From assembly GCF_902713615.1 (NCBI RefSeq), contig NW_024055441.1:372001-436000 (forward strand): a DNA stretch of 64,000 bases. The letters are read 5' to 3'. Positions within the stretch are counted from its first letter, which is position 1. Each line of letters opens with the position of its first letter. The notes below the pieces were generated by a model. It had not been told where the DNA came from. It did no database searches and was given only the letters and a program-made list of their open reading frames with translations. This DNA is from Scyliorhinus canicula. Lineage: Eukaryota. A program made the position numbers and the translations under genes. This document shows positions 45,812-60,300 of this stretch, one piece after another.

Positions 45812-47231
45812 TTTTTTCATTCATTTGCGCGATATATCGCCACTGATTGGGTCAGCAATTATGGCCCATTCCAAGTTGCCATTCAGAAGGTGGTGGTGAG
45901 CTGCCATTTGAATCACTGCAGTCCCTGATATGCAGTTACGCCCATACTGTATTAGCGAGAGATATCCAGTATTTTCACCCAGCCACAGTGAAGGAACGGC
46001 GATATATTTCCAAGTCAAAGTGTTGAGTGACTTGGAGAGGAATCTCCAGTTGGTGGTGTTTCAAAGTATCTGCTGTTCTTGTCCTTGTTGATGGTTGTTG
46101 CCGTGGGTCAGGTAGGTGCTGAATATGAAACCTTCATTAGTTCCAACAGTAAATCTTGTGGATGGCAACAATCAATCGACTGATTTGTCCTGGATGGTGT
46201 AAAGCTTCTTGAGATTTGTTGAAGCTGCACTCCAGACAAGTGGAGAGTATTCCATTACACTTCAGACTTTTGCCTAGCAGATGATGGACATGCTTTGGGC
46301 AATCGGGATGTGTGTTACTCGCCACACGATTTCTACACTGTGAACTGCTCTGGCAGCCACAGCATTCGTCTGGCTTGTCCAGTTCAGTGTCCGGTCAATG
46401 ACAACCCCCAGGATGTTGATTGTGCGGTAATCAATGCAAATAAATCTGTTGCATTATTCTGTGGGGCAGGACTTCAGCCGTGAATGAAACAGAGTCTAAC
46501 AAAATAACATCAAAGAGTAGGGTTAACATAATATGAATGGAAACTTGGTGCAGTTGAACAACTGCTCCGAAATGGCGACTTCTAACATGTGTAGCAGCAT
46601 GGATTCATGCATCAATTAATTAATCCGCACATAATGTAATATTAACAGATATAAGGTCGAATGCAATGATTTAAAAAGAGTCAATTGCAGTAGAGAGTGG
46701 TGTTTCTCAGTGCATTTCTGAATGTGACTGCACCTATTTCTTAAAACAGTAAACACAGTCTCGTGCAGTCATTACTGAGAAAGGGTGAATAGTAGTATGT
46801 ATAGAAACACTGTCCCTCTTATTAAAATGTTTAACTGCAGAGAGCATTATATCCACAGATACAATGCTGAGGGAAAGATAAAACGAAGCATGGTCCTATT
46901 CAATCATTCCAGAGACAAGTCCCAGGGTAATAATATTTGTTACACGGTTAAGTACAGTGATAACTGAAGCAGGGATGAATGTAATACTACGAAACAAAAC
47001 GTGCAGTAAAATATTAATAAATACATTGTCTAACTACAAGTAAAAACTCAACTAGAGTAACTTAGAGAGGCCACAGAAGAATGATCTAATGTATTAATAA
47101 CTGGAATAATATCGAAAAACACTGAGAGGATCTAATTTAGAGAGAACTGAGAAAGGACCTATTTTATTTTAAACAGAGATGTGGAGGAATGTGGTAATAA
47201 ATTAGATGTAACCCATTGCCCGATTAATATT

Positions 47232-48801
47232 GTAAGAAGTCTTACAACACCAGGTTAAAGTCCAACAGGTTTGTTTCAAACACTACCTTTCGGAGCACTG
47301 TTCCTTCCTCAGGTGAATGAAGAGGTATGTTTCAGAAAGATGCCAGACAATGCATAGAATGCGAATATTTGCAGGTAATTAAGTCTTTACAGATCCAGAG
47401 ATAGGGGTAACCCCAGGTTAAAGAGGTGTGAATTGTCTCAGGCCAGGCCAGTTGGTAGGCTTTTGCAAGCCCAGGCCAGATGGTGGGGGATGAATGTAAT
47501 GCAACATGAATCCCAGGTCCCGATTGAGGCCGCGCTCATGTCTGCAGAACATGGCTGTAAGTTTCTGCTCGGCGATTCTGCGTTATCGCGCTTCCTGAAG
47601 GCTGCCTTGGAGAACGCTTACTCGGAGATCAGAGGCTGAATGCCCTTGACTGCTGAAGTGTTCCCCGACTGGAAGGGAACATTACTGCCTGGTGATTGTC
47701 GCGCGATGCCCGCTCATTTGTTGTCGCAGCGTCTGCATGGTCTCGCCAATGTACCACACTTCGGGACATCATTTCCTGCAGCGTATGTGGTCGACAACGT
47801 TGGCCGAGTCGCACGAGTATGTACCGTGTACCTGGTGGGTGGTGTTCTTACGTGTAATGGTGGTCTCCATTTCGATGATCTGGCACGTCTTGCAGAGATT
47901 GCCCTGGCAGTGTTGTGTGATGTCATGGTCGCTGTTCTGAAGACTGGGTAGTTTGCTGCAAACATGGTTTGTTTGAGATCGCGTGGTTGTTTGAAGGCAA
48001 GTAGTGGGGTGGGGGGGGGGGGGATGAACCTTGGCAAGATGTTCATCTTCAACGATGACGTATTGAAGACTGCAAAGAAGATGTCGTAGTTTCTCCGCTC
48101 CGGGAAAGTACTGGACAACGAAGGGTACTCTGTCGGTTGTGTCCCGTGTTTGTCTTCTGAGGAGGTCGGTGCGCTTTTCTACTGTGGCGCGTTGGAACTG
48201 TCGATCGATGAGTTGAACGCTATATCCCGTTCGTACGAGGGCATCTTTCAGCGTCTGTAGATGTCTGTTACGCTCCTCCTCGTCTGAGCAGATCCTGTGT
48301 ATACGGAGGGCTTGTCCATAGGGGATGGCTTCTTTAATGTGTTTAGGGTGGAAGCAGGAGAAGTGTAACATTGTGAGGTGACCCGCAACAAGGCAGAATC
48401 GCCGAGCAGAAACATATAGCCAAGTTCTGCACACATGAGTGCAGCAACAACCGGGGCCTAGTATTCATGTCGCATTACATTCATCCCCCACCATCTGGCC
48501 TGGGCTTGCGAAATCCTACCAACTGTCCTGGCTTGAGACAATTCACACCTCTTTAACCTGGGGTTGCCCCTATCTCTGGACCTGAAAAGACTTAATTACC
48601 TGCAAATGTTCGCATTCTAAGCATTATCTTGCATCTCTGACTTTGTCTATATAAATGTTTCTGGAACATACCTCTTCATTCACCTGAGGAAGGAGCAGTG
48701 CTCCGAAAGCTAGTGTTTGAAACAAACCTGTTGGACTTTAACCTGATGTTGTAGGAATTCTTATGTGCTCACCCCAGTCCAACGCCGGCATCTCCACATC
48801 A
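47232..48801 (-). mobile_element. Penelope element with inverted terminal copy
   Basis: Minus-strand frames include CKTC...YSCDSANVV..IRC...WYIGET (GIY-YIG); at ~48381 the sequence flips to a plus-strand 3' end. Confidence 0.88.
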
Positions 48802-51089
48802 CGATTAATATTGGTATTGTCCCGCACAGTAATAACTAAAACAGAGAGAAGCGCATCATTTACAGGTAGAGAAACTGGTATTAAATAAACAGAGCCGGCG
48901 GTGTCCCGGAATTACTAAAACAAGGCCTTGATTAATACAAGTGGAGACAGTGTAGTGCAGTAGAAAGCGAGAATTTCCTCCCACAGTCCAAAGATGCGCA
49001 GGTTAGGTGGATTGGCCATTCGAAAGGATTTTCCCTGAGTGTGCAAAGGTTAGGTGGGGTTATGGGGATAGGATGGAGGAGGGGTCCTCAATGGGGTGCC
49101 GTTTTGTAGGGCGGGTGCAGACTCGATAGGCCGAGTGGCCCCCTTACGCACTGTCGGGATTCTATGATTCTTTGAAAAGACCGGGATTCACAATAACTGG
49201 GGCAGGGTTCTAATGCAGTGGTTACTGTTACAGGGTAAATATTCATAATAACGGAGACAGGGTGTGCAGCAATAATTAATAGAGGGGAGTCCAGAATCAG
49301 GGACACAGTCTAAGGATATAGATGAGGAGAAATTTATTGACATACAGCGGTGAGCCTGTGGAATTCTCTACAACACAAAACAGTTGAGGCCAAAACTTTT
49401 ATGCTTACTGGAAGGAATTATATCTAACTCTTGTGGATATAGGGATCATAGGATATGGTGGGAAAGCGAGAACAGATTACTGAGTTGGATGATCAACCAC
49501 GATCAGAATGAATGGAAGAGCAAGTTGAAGGGGCCGAACGGCCTACTCCTTCACCTATTGTCTATGCTTTTTACTTCTATGGTTCTATGTAACTCAACAA
49601 AGTGTAAATTATATATTAACTGAAACAGGGTCTAGTACAGTAATTCCTGATACAGGGTCTACACTAATATGAACCGAGACAAGGCCGAGTGTAGTGATTT
49701 CTGAGGGGAGGGGGTCTTCAATTATGTAAATTTAGACAGGGTTCTAGAGCACTAATTGCTGATAGAGCGTCGAGATTAATATAAAGTGAGACAGATTCTA
49801 GTGCCGTAATTATTGATGCAGGGTCGAGATTAACGAAAACTGAGATAAGGTCTAATGCAGTGAATACTGATTCAGGGTATATATTCGTACAAAGCGAGAC
49901 AGGGTCGATTGCACGGTCGGCCCACGATTAATGTTTATCAATGTCGGGCCGAGTGTGGGGTTCACCGTTACACGGTTGAGATTATATACATTAAGACAGA
50001 TGGGCGTTTTTTCTGAGTGTTTGTCCGTGTGCATGGACATTTTCACACCAAACTCCTGCACAAATAATTCCTTGATTTTATACACCAATTAATGGGACGG
50101 AGTATGGGGAACTTTACTCTCCACATACCCTGCGTTTTTCCTACTCTGCAAGTATCTGATGGTAGGGCAAAGAGGAAGCTTTACTCTGTTCCTCACATGT
50201 GCTTTATCTGTCCTTCACATGTTAGATGGCGGATGTTGTGGAGGGGGCTTTGCTCTGTACTGTACCTGCCCTTCGAGTATTTGAGGGGAGATTGTTCAGG
50301 GAAATTTACTCAGTAACTAAATGTTTACTGTTGAGGCCCTGGGAGTATATAATGAGACAGGTTTCAGGAAGCTTTATTCTTTATTGATATCTGTGATGCA
50401 TTTGACCTGAGAGTGTTTGCTGGTTCAGTTTGCAGGAAGGTTTGCTTTGTATACGACCCCGTCCTGTACCTGACCTGCGAGAATTTGATGGAATAGTTTA
50501 AACAAGCAGAGCGTTACTAAAGCTGTCCTTGGAATTCTGATGGGATGCAGGGAATGGTAAGTTCTGGGACCAATGTCTTGATGTCTGTGTCATATTTGAA
50601 AAGTGAGAAAAACGGATGCTCAGGTGATGAAAGGGGCAGTAGCAGAATGTACACAACAGCGACTAAGGGATAGAATACAGTGTAGCTGTGAACAATTGTT
50701 TCAGATTGGATGGGGTACAGTGTTATTCTCCAGTGGGTAATATTAGCAGCACTGCTTTTTCTGTTATATTTTAATAGACAGGACTCGGGTTCACAGGATA
50801 TGAATTGAAAAGTTGCATTTGTCTCCAAAATTGGCAATGTAGCAAGCAGGGAAGAGGATTACATAGATAGATACATAGAAGTTAGGGGCACGAGGAGGCC
50901 TTTTGGCCATTCGAGCCTGCTCCACCATTGATCACGATCATGGCTGATCATCCAACTCAATAGCCTAATCCTGCTTTCTTCCCATAGCATTTAATCCCAT
51001 TCTCCCCAAGTGCTTATCTAGCCGCCTCTTGAATATATTCCATGTCTGAGGATCAACTATTTCCTGTGGTCATGAATTCCACTCTTTGC

Positions 51090-53930
51090 ACATGGAACAT
51101 AGAAAATTACAGCGCAGTGCAGGCCCTTCGGCCCACAATGTTGCGCCGTCCTGTGAAACCACTCTAAAGCCCATCTACACTATTCCCTTATCGTCCATAT
51201 GTCTATCCAATTGCCATTCGGATGCCCTTAGTGTTGGCGAGTCCACTACTGTTGCAGGCAGGGCATTCCACGACCTTCCTACTCTCTGAGTAAAGAACCT
51301 ACCTCTGACATCTGTCCTATATCTATCTCCCCTCAATTTAAAGCTGTGTCCTCTCGTGCTAGACATCACCATCCAAGGAAAAAGGCTCTCACTGACCAGC
51401 CTCTCTAATCCTCTGATCTTCTTATATGCCTCAATTAAGTCACCTCTTAACCTTCTTCTCTCTAATGAAAACAGCCTCAAGTCCCTCAGCCTTCCCTCAT
51501 AAGATCACCCCTCCATACCAGGCAACATCTTGGTAAATCTCCTCTGCCCCCTTTCCAATGCTTCCACATCCATCCTATAATGTGGCGACCAGAATTGTAC
51601 GCAATACTCCAAATTCGGCCGCACCAGTTTCGTACAGCTGCAACATGACCTCATGGCTCCGAAACTCAATCCCTCTACCAATAAGAGCGAACACACCGTA
51701 CGCCTTCTTAACAACCCTCTCAACCTGTGTGGCAACATTCAGGGATCTATGTGCATGGACACCGAAATCTCTCTGCTCATCCACACTACGAAGAATCTTC
51801 CCATTAGGCCAGTACCCTGTCTTCCTGTCATTCCTTCCAAAATGACTCACCTCACACTTTTCTGCATTGAACTCCATTTCCCACCTCTCAGCCCAGCGCT
51901 GCAGCTTACCTATGTCCCTTTGTAACTTGTAACATCCTTGTGCACTGTCCACAAGTCCACCGACTTTAGTGTCATCTGCAAATTTACTCAACCATGCTTC
52001 TACGCCCTCCTCCAGTTCATTTATAAAAATGACAAACAGCAGTGGCCCCAAAACAGATCTTTGTGGTACAACACTAGTAACTGAACTCCAGTCTGAACAT
52101 TTCCCATCAACCACCACTCTTTGCCTTCTTCCAGCTAGGCAATTTCTGATCCAAACTGCTAAATCACCCTGAATCCCATGCCTCCGTATTTTCTGCAATA
52201 GCCTACCGTGGGGAACCTTATCAAACGCTTTACTGAAATCCATATACACCACATCAACTGCTTTACCCTCATCCACCTGTTTGGTCACCTTCTTAAAGCG
52301 CTTAATAAGGCTTGTGAGGCACGACCTACCCTTCACAAAACCATGTTGGCTATCTCTAATCAAATTATTCCTTTCCAGACGATTATACATCCTTTCTCTT
52401 ATAACCCTTTCCAATACTTTGCCCACAACAGAAGTAAGGCTCACTGGTCTATAGTTACCGGGGTTGTCTCTACTCCCCTTCTTGAACAAGGGGACAACAT
52501 TTGCTATCCTCCAGTCTTCTGGCACGGTTCCTGTAGACAAAGATGATTTAAACATCAAAGCCAAAGGCTCAGCAATCTCCTCCCTCGCTTCCCAGAGAAT
52601 CCTAGGATAAAGCCCAGGGGACTTATCTTTTGTCACACTTTCCAGAATTGCTAACACCTCCTCCTTATGAACCTTAAACCCTTCTAGTCTAGTAGCCTGA
52701 ATCTCATTATATAACTCTCTAGCGCCCTAACTGAACCTTCGTGTCTCATCTTTACATAAGCCTCCATCTTCCTCTTGACAAGTGTTTCAACTGCTTTAGT
52801 GAACCACGGTTTTCTCGCTCGACCACCTCCTCCCTGCCTGTCAGGTACATACTTATCAAGGACACGCAGTAGAGGGCAGCACGGTGGCACAGTGGTTAGT
52901 ATTGCTGCCTACGGCGCTGAGGACCCGGGTTCGAATCCCGGCCCCGGGTCACTGTCCGTGTGGAGTTTGCACGTTCTCCCCGTGTCTGCGTGGGTTTCAC
53001 CCCCACAACCCAAAGATGTGCAGGGTAGGTAAATTGGCCACTCTAAATTGCCCCTTAATTGGAAAAAATAATTGGGTACTCTAAATTTATAAAAAAAAAA
53101 AAAAAAAAAAAAGGACACGCAGTAGCTGTTCCTCGAACAAGCTCCACATTTCCATTGTGCCCATCCCCTGCAGTTTTCCTCTCCATGCTATGCATCCTAA
53201 GTCTTGTCTCATCGCATCATAATTGCCTTTCCCCCAGATATAACTCTTGCACTGTGGTGTATACCTATCCCTTTCCATCACTAAAGAAAACGTAATCGAA
53301 TTGTGGTCACTATCACCAAAGTGCTCACCTACCTCCAAATCTAACACCTGTCCTGGTTCATTACCCAGTACCAAATCCAATATGGCTTCGCCTCTCATTA
53401 ACTTATATACATACTGTGTCAGGAAAACCTCCTACACACGTTGGACAAAAATGGACCCATCTAAAGTACTCGAACTAAAGCGTTTCCACCCCCATAACAG
53501 CTAACCTGTTGCTTTCGCTCCTATCCAGAAACATCTTTGCAATCCTTTCCTCCAAATCTCTGGAACTTTTTGGAGGCCTACATAAAACCCCTAACAGGGT
53601 GACCTCTCCTTTCCTGTTTCTAACCTCAGCCCATACTACCTCAGTGGACGAGTCCTCTTCAAAATTCCTTTCTGCCACCGTAATACTGTCCTTGACTAGC
53701 AATGCCACCCCTCCCTCTCTTTTACCACCTTCCCTTAGCTTACTGAAATGTCTAAACCCAGGCACCTGCAACAACCATTCCTGTCCCTGCTCTATCCATG
53801 TCTCCGAAATGGCCACAACATCGAAGTCCCAGGTACCAATCCATGCCGCAAGTTCACCCAACTTATTCCGGATGCTCCTGGCATTGAAGAAGCCACACTT
53901 TAAACCACCTTCCTGCCTGCCGGTTACGTG
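51090..53930 (-). mobile_element. CR1 (HER1-like) LINE, disrupted ORF2
   Basis: Endonuclease DVVAISETW; RT LFKKGSRDNPGNYRPVSL, DFSKAFD, SVLGPLLF, KFADDTK; frameshifts and a SINE insertion. Confidence 0.93.
52873..53110 (+). mobile_element. HE1-type SINE (short form) inserted in CR1
   Basis: 15-bp TSD aaggacacgcagtag at 52858 and 53111; poly-A tail. Confidence 0.93.
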
Positions 53931-55440
53931 GATATGTGGGTTTGAGTAGGGTGATCATGGCTCGGCACAACATTGAGGGCCGAAGGGCCTGTTCTGTGCT
54001 GTACTGTTCTATGTTCTTGGTTGAAGAAATGTCTCCTCATCTCTGTCCGAAATGAATCCTGTATCCTCAGACTATGGCCCCTGGTTCTGGACACACCCAT
54101 CATAGGTAACATCTTCCCTGTAGCTACCCTGTCTAGTCCTCATAGAATTTTATAAGCCTCTATGAGAGCCCACCTCATTCTCCTTAACTCCAGCGAGAAC
54201 AATCCTGACGTAGTCAATCTCTCTTCATATGACAGTCCCGCGGTCCCTGGTGTTGCAACAAGGATGCGTCCAGCCTAGGCTGCAACAGGTCACTGGCTTT
54301 ATCATGTACACAGGCAGATAGGTGGCAGATAAAATTCAATGCAGAGAAGTGATGCATTAAAACTAAATATTGAGGGGGGGGGGTGCGGGTCGGTTGTCTG
54401 AAAAGTTAGGAAACCAAAGTTAAAAGAGAAGGTGAGAGTGCAGTGAGAATGATCAGGACATTAACCGAGTAAAACGGACCGAGGGCTCAGGGGAGGTTTG
54501 TAAAGTTTCCAGAACACGTCCGAGAGTAGGGAGTATGGAAAGTGGCGGGCATGCAACTTCAGGCACAGCAGAAAAACGGACAATGTAGAGAAGGGGTGGT
54601 CGACGCAAAACTGGGGTGGTGTACCTAAATGTGCACAGTGTACGAAACAAGGTAAATGAACTCTTTCACTCATTGGAATTGGGCGGTACGATGTTGCGGA
54701 CATCAGAGACACGTGGCTGCGAGGGAATCAGGGCTGGGATCTAAATATCCAAGGATATGTGTCCTATCGAAAGGACAGGCAGATGGGAAAAGGGAGCGGG
54801 GTTGCATTGTGAGTAAGGAATGAAATTAACTCGATAGCAAGAAGCACCTTAGGGTCAGAAGGCATAAAATTCCTGTGAGCAGAGTTGACGAATCGCAAAG
54901 GAACAAAGACACTGATGAGAATTACGTACAGCCCCCTAGCCGTAGTCAGAATGTGGGGCAGAAAATAAATCAGGCGATAGAAGCAATGTTACACTAATCA
55001 TGGGGGACTTCAATATGCAGGAGGACAGGGAAAGTCAGGTTGGGGGCAGATCCCAAGAAAACGAATTTGTGGAACATCGACGGAGCAGCTTGTGATAGAG
55101 CCCAGTCGGGAACAGGCAATTTTGCATTTGGTGATGTGTAATGAGGTAGACTTGAGGAGGGAACGTCAGGTGAAGGAAACCTCACGGGACAGTGACCACA
55201 ATATGATATAATTTACCCTGCAGTTTGGGAGGTAGAAGCTGGAATCAAATGGAACGGTATTACAATTGAATAAAGCTGACTACAAAGATAAAGGGAGGAG
55301 CTGGCCAGAGTTGATTGGATAGGGAGCCTAGCAGGGAAGACATTGGAACAGCAGTGGCAGGACGTTTTGGGGAATATTCGCGAGGCAGTACAAAAATTAA
55401 CCCCAAGGAGGAGGAACCATGCTAAGGGGAGGACAGGGCA

Positions 55441-56578
55441 CACATTTTCTAAAAGTATTTTTATTAAGGTTTTGCAGAATTTTTAACAATAAAACAATAG
55501 TAACAATAATAACAAAACAAACTAGAGTGAACATTAACATAGCGTAAAAAGAGAATAAAAAATAACTATTAAATAGACATTACCCCACGTGACCTAGTCT
55601 TCCCACACCATTCCAATGAAGCACTCACCCCCCCCCCCCCCCCCCCCCCACGGATTGCTGCTGCTGCCGACATTTTTATTTCCCCTGTGAAAGTCGAAAA
55701 ACGGTTGCCACCTGCGAGATAGCCCTAGCGTAGGCCCTCTTGAGGCAAACTTTATTTTCTCGAAGCTTAGAAACCCAGCCATGTCGGTAACCCAAGTCTC
55801 TACACTCGGCGGCTTCGAGTCCCTCCACGTGAATAAAATCCGTCTCCGGGCTACTAAGGAGGCAAAGGGCAAGATGTCGGCCTCTTTCGCCCTGTAAACT
55901 CCCGGGTCTTCTGACACTCCAAAGATCGCTATCTCTGGACTTGTCACCACCCGTGTGTATAGCACCTTGGGCATTGCCCTCCCGAACCCTTGCCATAGCT
56001 CTCTAAGCTCTGGCAATCCCCAAAACATGTGGACATGGTTTGCAGGGCTGCCATTGCACCTCATACAACTGTCCTCTACCCCAAAAAACTTGCTCATTCT
56101 CGCTGCCGTCATGTGTACCCGGTGGACCATATTAAATTGAATTAGACTGAGCCTGGCACATGATGAGGAGGAATTAACCCTGCCCAGGACCTCTGCCCAC
56201 AGACCCGCTTCCAACTCGTCACCAACCCGTCCTCCCACTTGCCCTTCAGCTGCTCCACCGGGGTTTCCTCCGCCTCCTGTTGTTCCTGGTAGATATCCGA
56301 CACCTTTCCCTCCCCCACCCAGGTGCCGTAGACCACCCTGTCCTGTATCCTCACTGGCGGCAGCGTCAGAAAGGCCACTACCTGGTTTTTCAGGAAGGCT
56401 CATGCTTGCAGATATTTGAAGGCGTTTCCTTGCGGCAGATGGAATTTGTCCTCTAGCGCCTTCAAACTGGGAAAGCTTCCGTCTATGAACAGATCTCCCA
56501 TCCTTCAGATGCCTGCCCTATACCAGCTCTTGAACCCACCATCCATCCTATCCGGGCCAAACCTGTGGTTGTTGCATC
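55441..56578 (-). mobile_element. 5'-truncated L1-clade LINE
   Basis: SSCARLSLIQF...CMRC...NHVHMFW; 11-bp TSD aggacagggca at 55430 and 56579. Confidence 0.88.
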
Positions 56579-57010
56579 AGGACAGGGCATCCATGGCTGT
56601 CAAGGGAAGTCAAAGATAGCATCAAAGCAAAGGAATAAGCATAAAATATGGCGAAGATTAATGGGATGCCAAAGCATACGGAAGCTTTTAAGAGCTGATA
56701 TAATGTAAACGCTAAGAACGTTTTTATTATTACTTTTGAACTGAGGGCACTGTTTCTACGTTTTCAGACGATGCAAAGAGACGTAGAGGAACAAGTTGTG
56801 CTGAGGAAGCAGTGAGGCTGCAGAAAGACCTGGTCAGGCTATGCGAGTGGGCAAAGAAGTGGCTGATGGAATACAATGTAGAAAAGTGTGAGGTTCTGCA
56901 CTTTGGAGGAAACAAAGAGTATTTTCTACTTGGGACAGGGCTTCGGAAAGCAGAAGCTCAAATGCACTTAGGAATTCTAGTTGAGGATTCTCTTCAGGTT
57001 AACATGCGGG

Positions 57011-57256
57011 AGGGCAGCACGGTGGCCTAGTGGTTAGCACAACCGCCTCACGGCGCTGAGGTCCCAGGTTCGATCCCGGCTCTGGGTCACTGTCCGTGTG
57101 GAGTTTGCACATTCTCCCCGTGTCTGCGTGGGTTTCGCCCCCACAACCCAAAAATGTGCAGAGTAGGTGGATTGGCCACGCTAAATTGCCCCTTAATTGG
57201 AAAAAATAATTGGCTAATCTAAATTTATTTTTAAAAAATTAAAAAAAAAAAAAAGT
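57011..57256 (+). mobile_element. HE1-type SINE (short form)
   Basis: TSD ttaacatgcggg at 56999 and 57257; poly-A tail. Confidence 0.9.
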
Positions 57257-57316
57257 TTAACATGCGGGTTCAGTTGGCAGCTAGGAAGGCAAATGCAAGT
57301 CGTGTTGCGAGGGCTA

Positions 57317-60300
57317 CAGCGGCGTGCAGAGGGGGGGGCCGACGGTGCGCTGGCCCCGGGCAGCCGTTGGATGGGGGCAGCAGCAAAGAGAACGGAGCGC
57401 GCCTGCCCACCGCGGTCGGCCGGAGCGCGCCTGCGCACCGCGGTCGGGTGGAGCGTGCCTGCGCACCGCAGTCGGGTGGAGCTTTGGACTCGGCGGCTGG
57501 AGAAGGAGCAGAAAAGGCGCGAATTCTCCAGAATCGACGGCAATACCACCATGGGTGAGTTTTATTTATTCTTTATCTTTATATTTTGATCTATTTTAAA
57601 ACTCTTCTCTGCACCCTCTATGTAGCTGTCAACTTACTAAACTGTCGTGCCCAGAATTTGACATTTGGGCCGGGGCACCCATTTGGGACAGAACCAGTAT
57701 TTTATAAAGATTCATCATGGCCTCTTAACTTTTGCCCTCTTACCCTTTATACTTAAAGCCCAGGGTCCTATAAATGGGAGATTCTCAGAGACTTGACTGC
57801 AAGCTGCTGGAGCTCGGATCTTGAACAGAGCTTTTATATCTGGATTTGGGGACCCTTTATGCACTGGCATAGTGCAAAAACAGGCCACACATGACCAGGG
57901 TTTTGTGAAGAAGAAGGGATCTGGAAATGTGTTGACTGTGAAAATTATATTTGTGGAAATTGGGTGAAGTAGTTTGATGAGACTTGGTGCTAAAGCTTTA
58001 GAGAAATGAAGATGGAATTTGATTTGAAGAAGTTCAACGTTTTGAAGGATATTGTGGCTGAAATGAAAGCGATACGTGCTGAATGAGCTGACCGAAATGT
58101 GTGAGATATGTCTTTGTATCTGCTATGTGTAATTTATCGGTCATATTATTGCAATTTTCCTGTTAATTCATGTTTAGTTTACGTTGATTTTGGTGTGATT
58201 GCTAATATAAAAGTGAAGTCTTGTATATTGGTCTTAGTTGGGTTGTTTGTAGTTGTTTCCACAAGGGTCATAACAGTATTTCCATGACGTTGCTGCTCTT
58301 ATCCTTCTCCATGGGGGTTGCAGAGGAGGGAGGCACAACTTTTGAGACATAACATCTCACCCATTGCTGCAAAGCAAAATGACTGAAGAAGAGAACAATA
58401 TCCCTAGAATCCCAGCGCTAAGGGGAAATTGACTAACTTACAGCGCAATTTGACCTCAGGCAGCCGTCCTATACCTTAGAGATGGCAAAGATAAAGAGGT
58501 CAGTGAATAGCTCTAGAACGGGTGCAACTACGTTTTTTATAGGTTTTTTGGTGATATTTAATGAAATATTTACGTGGGATGTAGTAAGAGTGAAGCCTGG
58601 ATGATCAGAGGACTGCTATGGCATTTAATCTCGGAATAGGAGACATTTATTCCTTAACATGCTAATATTCGAATACAGATACCACTAATTTGCAAGTCTA
58701 TGATATAAATTGCACAAAATTATCAGTGGAGAATCAGTGTGAAATAATTTGATACGAAGGAACAAAGAAATTACATATGGTTTATCCGTCTGCAACTGAC
58801 CGATTGTTTACCATTTTCTTCCCATTTTTTTGAGATAGAAAATGAAATGATAAGAGCATTTCGTGTACAACCGAGTGGAGCACAGAACAGGAAAAAAAAA
58901 GAGGGCCAGAGTCGAAGAAGAGTCCCATCAAAGAGGGGCATTAGATGCATGGATAAAAGAAGCAAAGAAGAAGTAGGAGAACCTGGAGAAGTAAAAGATG
59001 ATGTGGGTGCAGAGAAGGATTTTTCTGCTACGGATTCAGCTATGTCAGAACATAATACTCTCTCTCCTCAGTCTCGTTGTCAGGATGATGATCCATGTGA
59101 AGAAAATAAAGAAGATTTTAGCATATTTTTGCAAAGAAGCGATTTTGGCTGTTTGAAGAAACCGATTCCAGATCATTTGAAGATGACAATATTACAACAT
59201 GGCCCTGAAAGATATCAGAATAAAAGTGGTCCATTTGCTGAGAAGGATGGGAGATCATTTTCCAAACAGTGGTTTGATAAAGTTTCCACAAACGGAGAAA
59301 TTGTGGAGAGAAAATGGTTGTTATACTCTCCATATCGGAAAGCATGCTACTGTTTTGTTTGCTTTTTATTTTCAAAGGAGCATTTGTCGTCTGTGTTAAA
59401 CTTTGGAAAGGAAGACGGTTTCTCCACTTGGAGAAAATTAAATCCAAGAATACCTGATCATGAGAAAAGCCCTTCTCATAGAGCTCACATGAGGGAATAC
59501 CTGAACCTCGTAGTTCGACTCCATCATTCAACTACGATAGATGCTGAACTTCAACAGCAAATGTCTGCTGAAAAGAAAAGGTGGAAAGCTATAACTGAAC
59601 GGATTGTCGAGGTTATATCCTTTCTGGCAAAACAGAATCTGGCCTATCGTGGACATCGAGGAGAAAGAATATCTGGGTTATCAGAGCCAGAGGAGACAGT
59701 CAGTGAAAATACAGGAAACTTTCTAGCAACAATCAGACTTTTGGCCAAATATGATGACATCTTAGCAAAACACTTGCAGAGCGGGAAAGAGAACCGAAAA
59801 AGTGTCACCTACTTGTCCAACAGAATTCAAAACGAAATAATCAATCTTCTTGGTGAAACTGTCAAGAAAAATATAATTTCCGAAATTAAGGACGCAAAAT
59901 ATTTTAGCATAATGCTGGATTCAACTCCAGATATTGCCCATGAAGATCAGGTTTCTGAAATTCTGCGTTACGTTCATATTGATGAAAACAGAAAAGTAGA
60001 AATAAAGGAGACATTTCTGGGATTTTTTCAAGTCAACAAGAAAGATGCAGTCAGCCTGGTAAATAAAATTCAGGAAAAATTGGAAGAAGACAAAATTTCC
60101 ATGAATGACTGTCGTGGTCAAGCATATGATAACGCAGCAGTTATGGCTGGAGTGAGAGGAGGTGTTCAACAAAAAATTCTTGAAGTTAACCCAAAAGCTG
60201 TGTTTGTGAACTGCGAGAACCACAGCCTCAATTTGGCCTGTGTCCATGCAAGTGAGGTGCAACCTGTTGTTGTTACATTTTTTGGCATTCTAGAAAAACT

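Noticed and set aside
45593-45928. ORFs spanning the N run
   Set aside because: Artefacts of the assembly gap.
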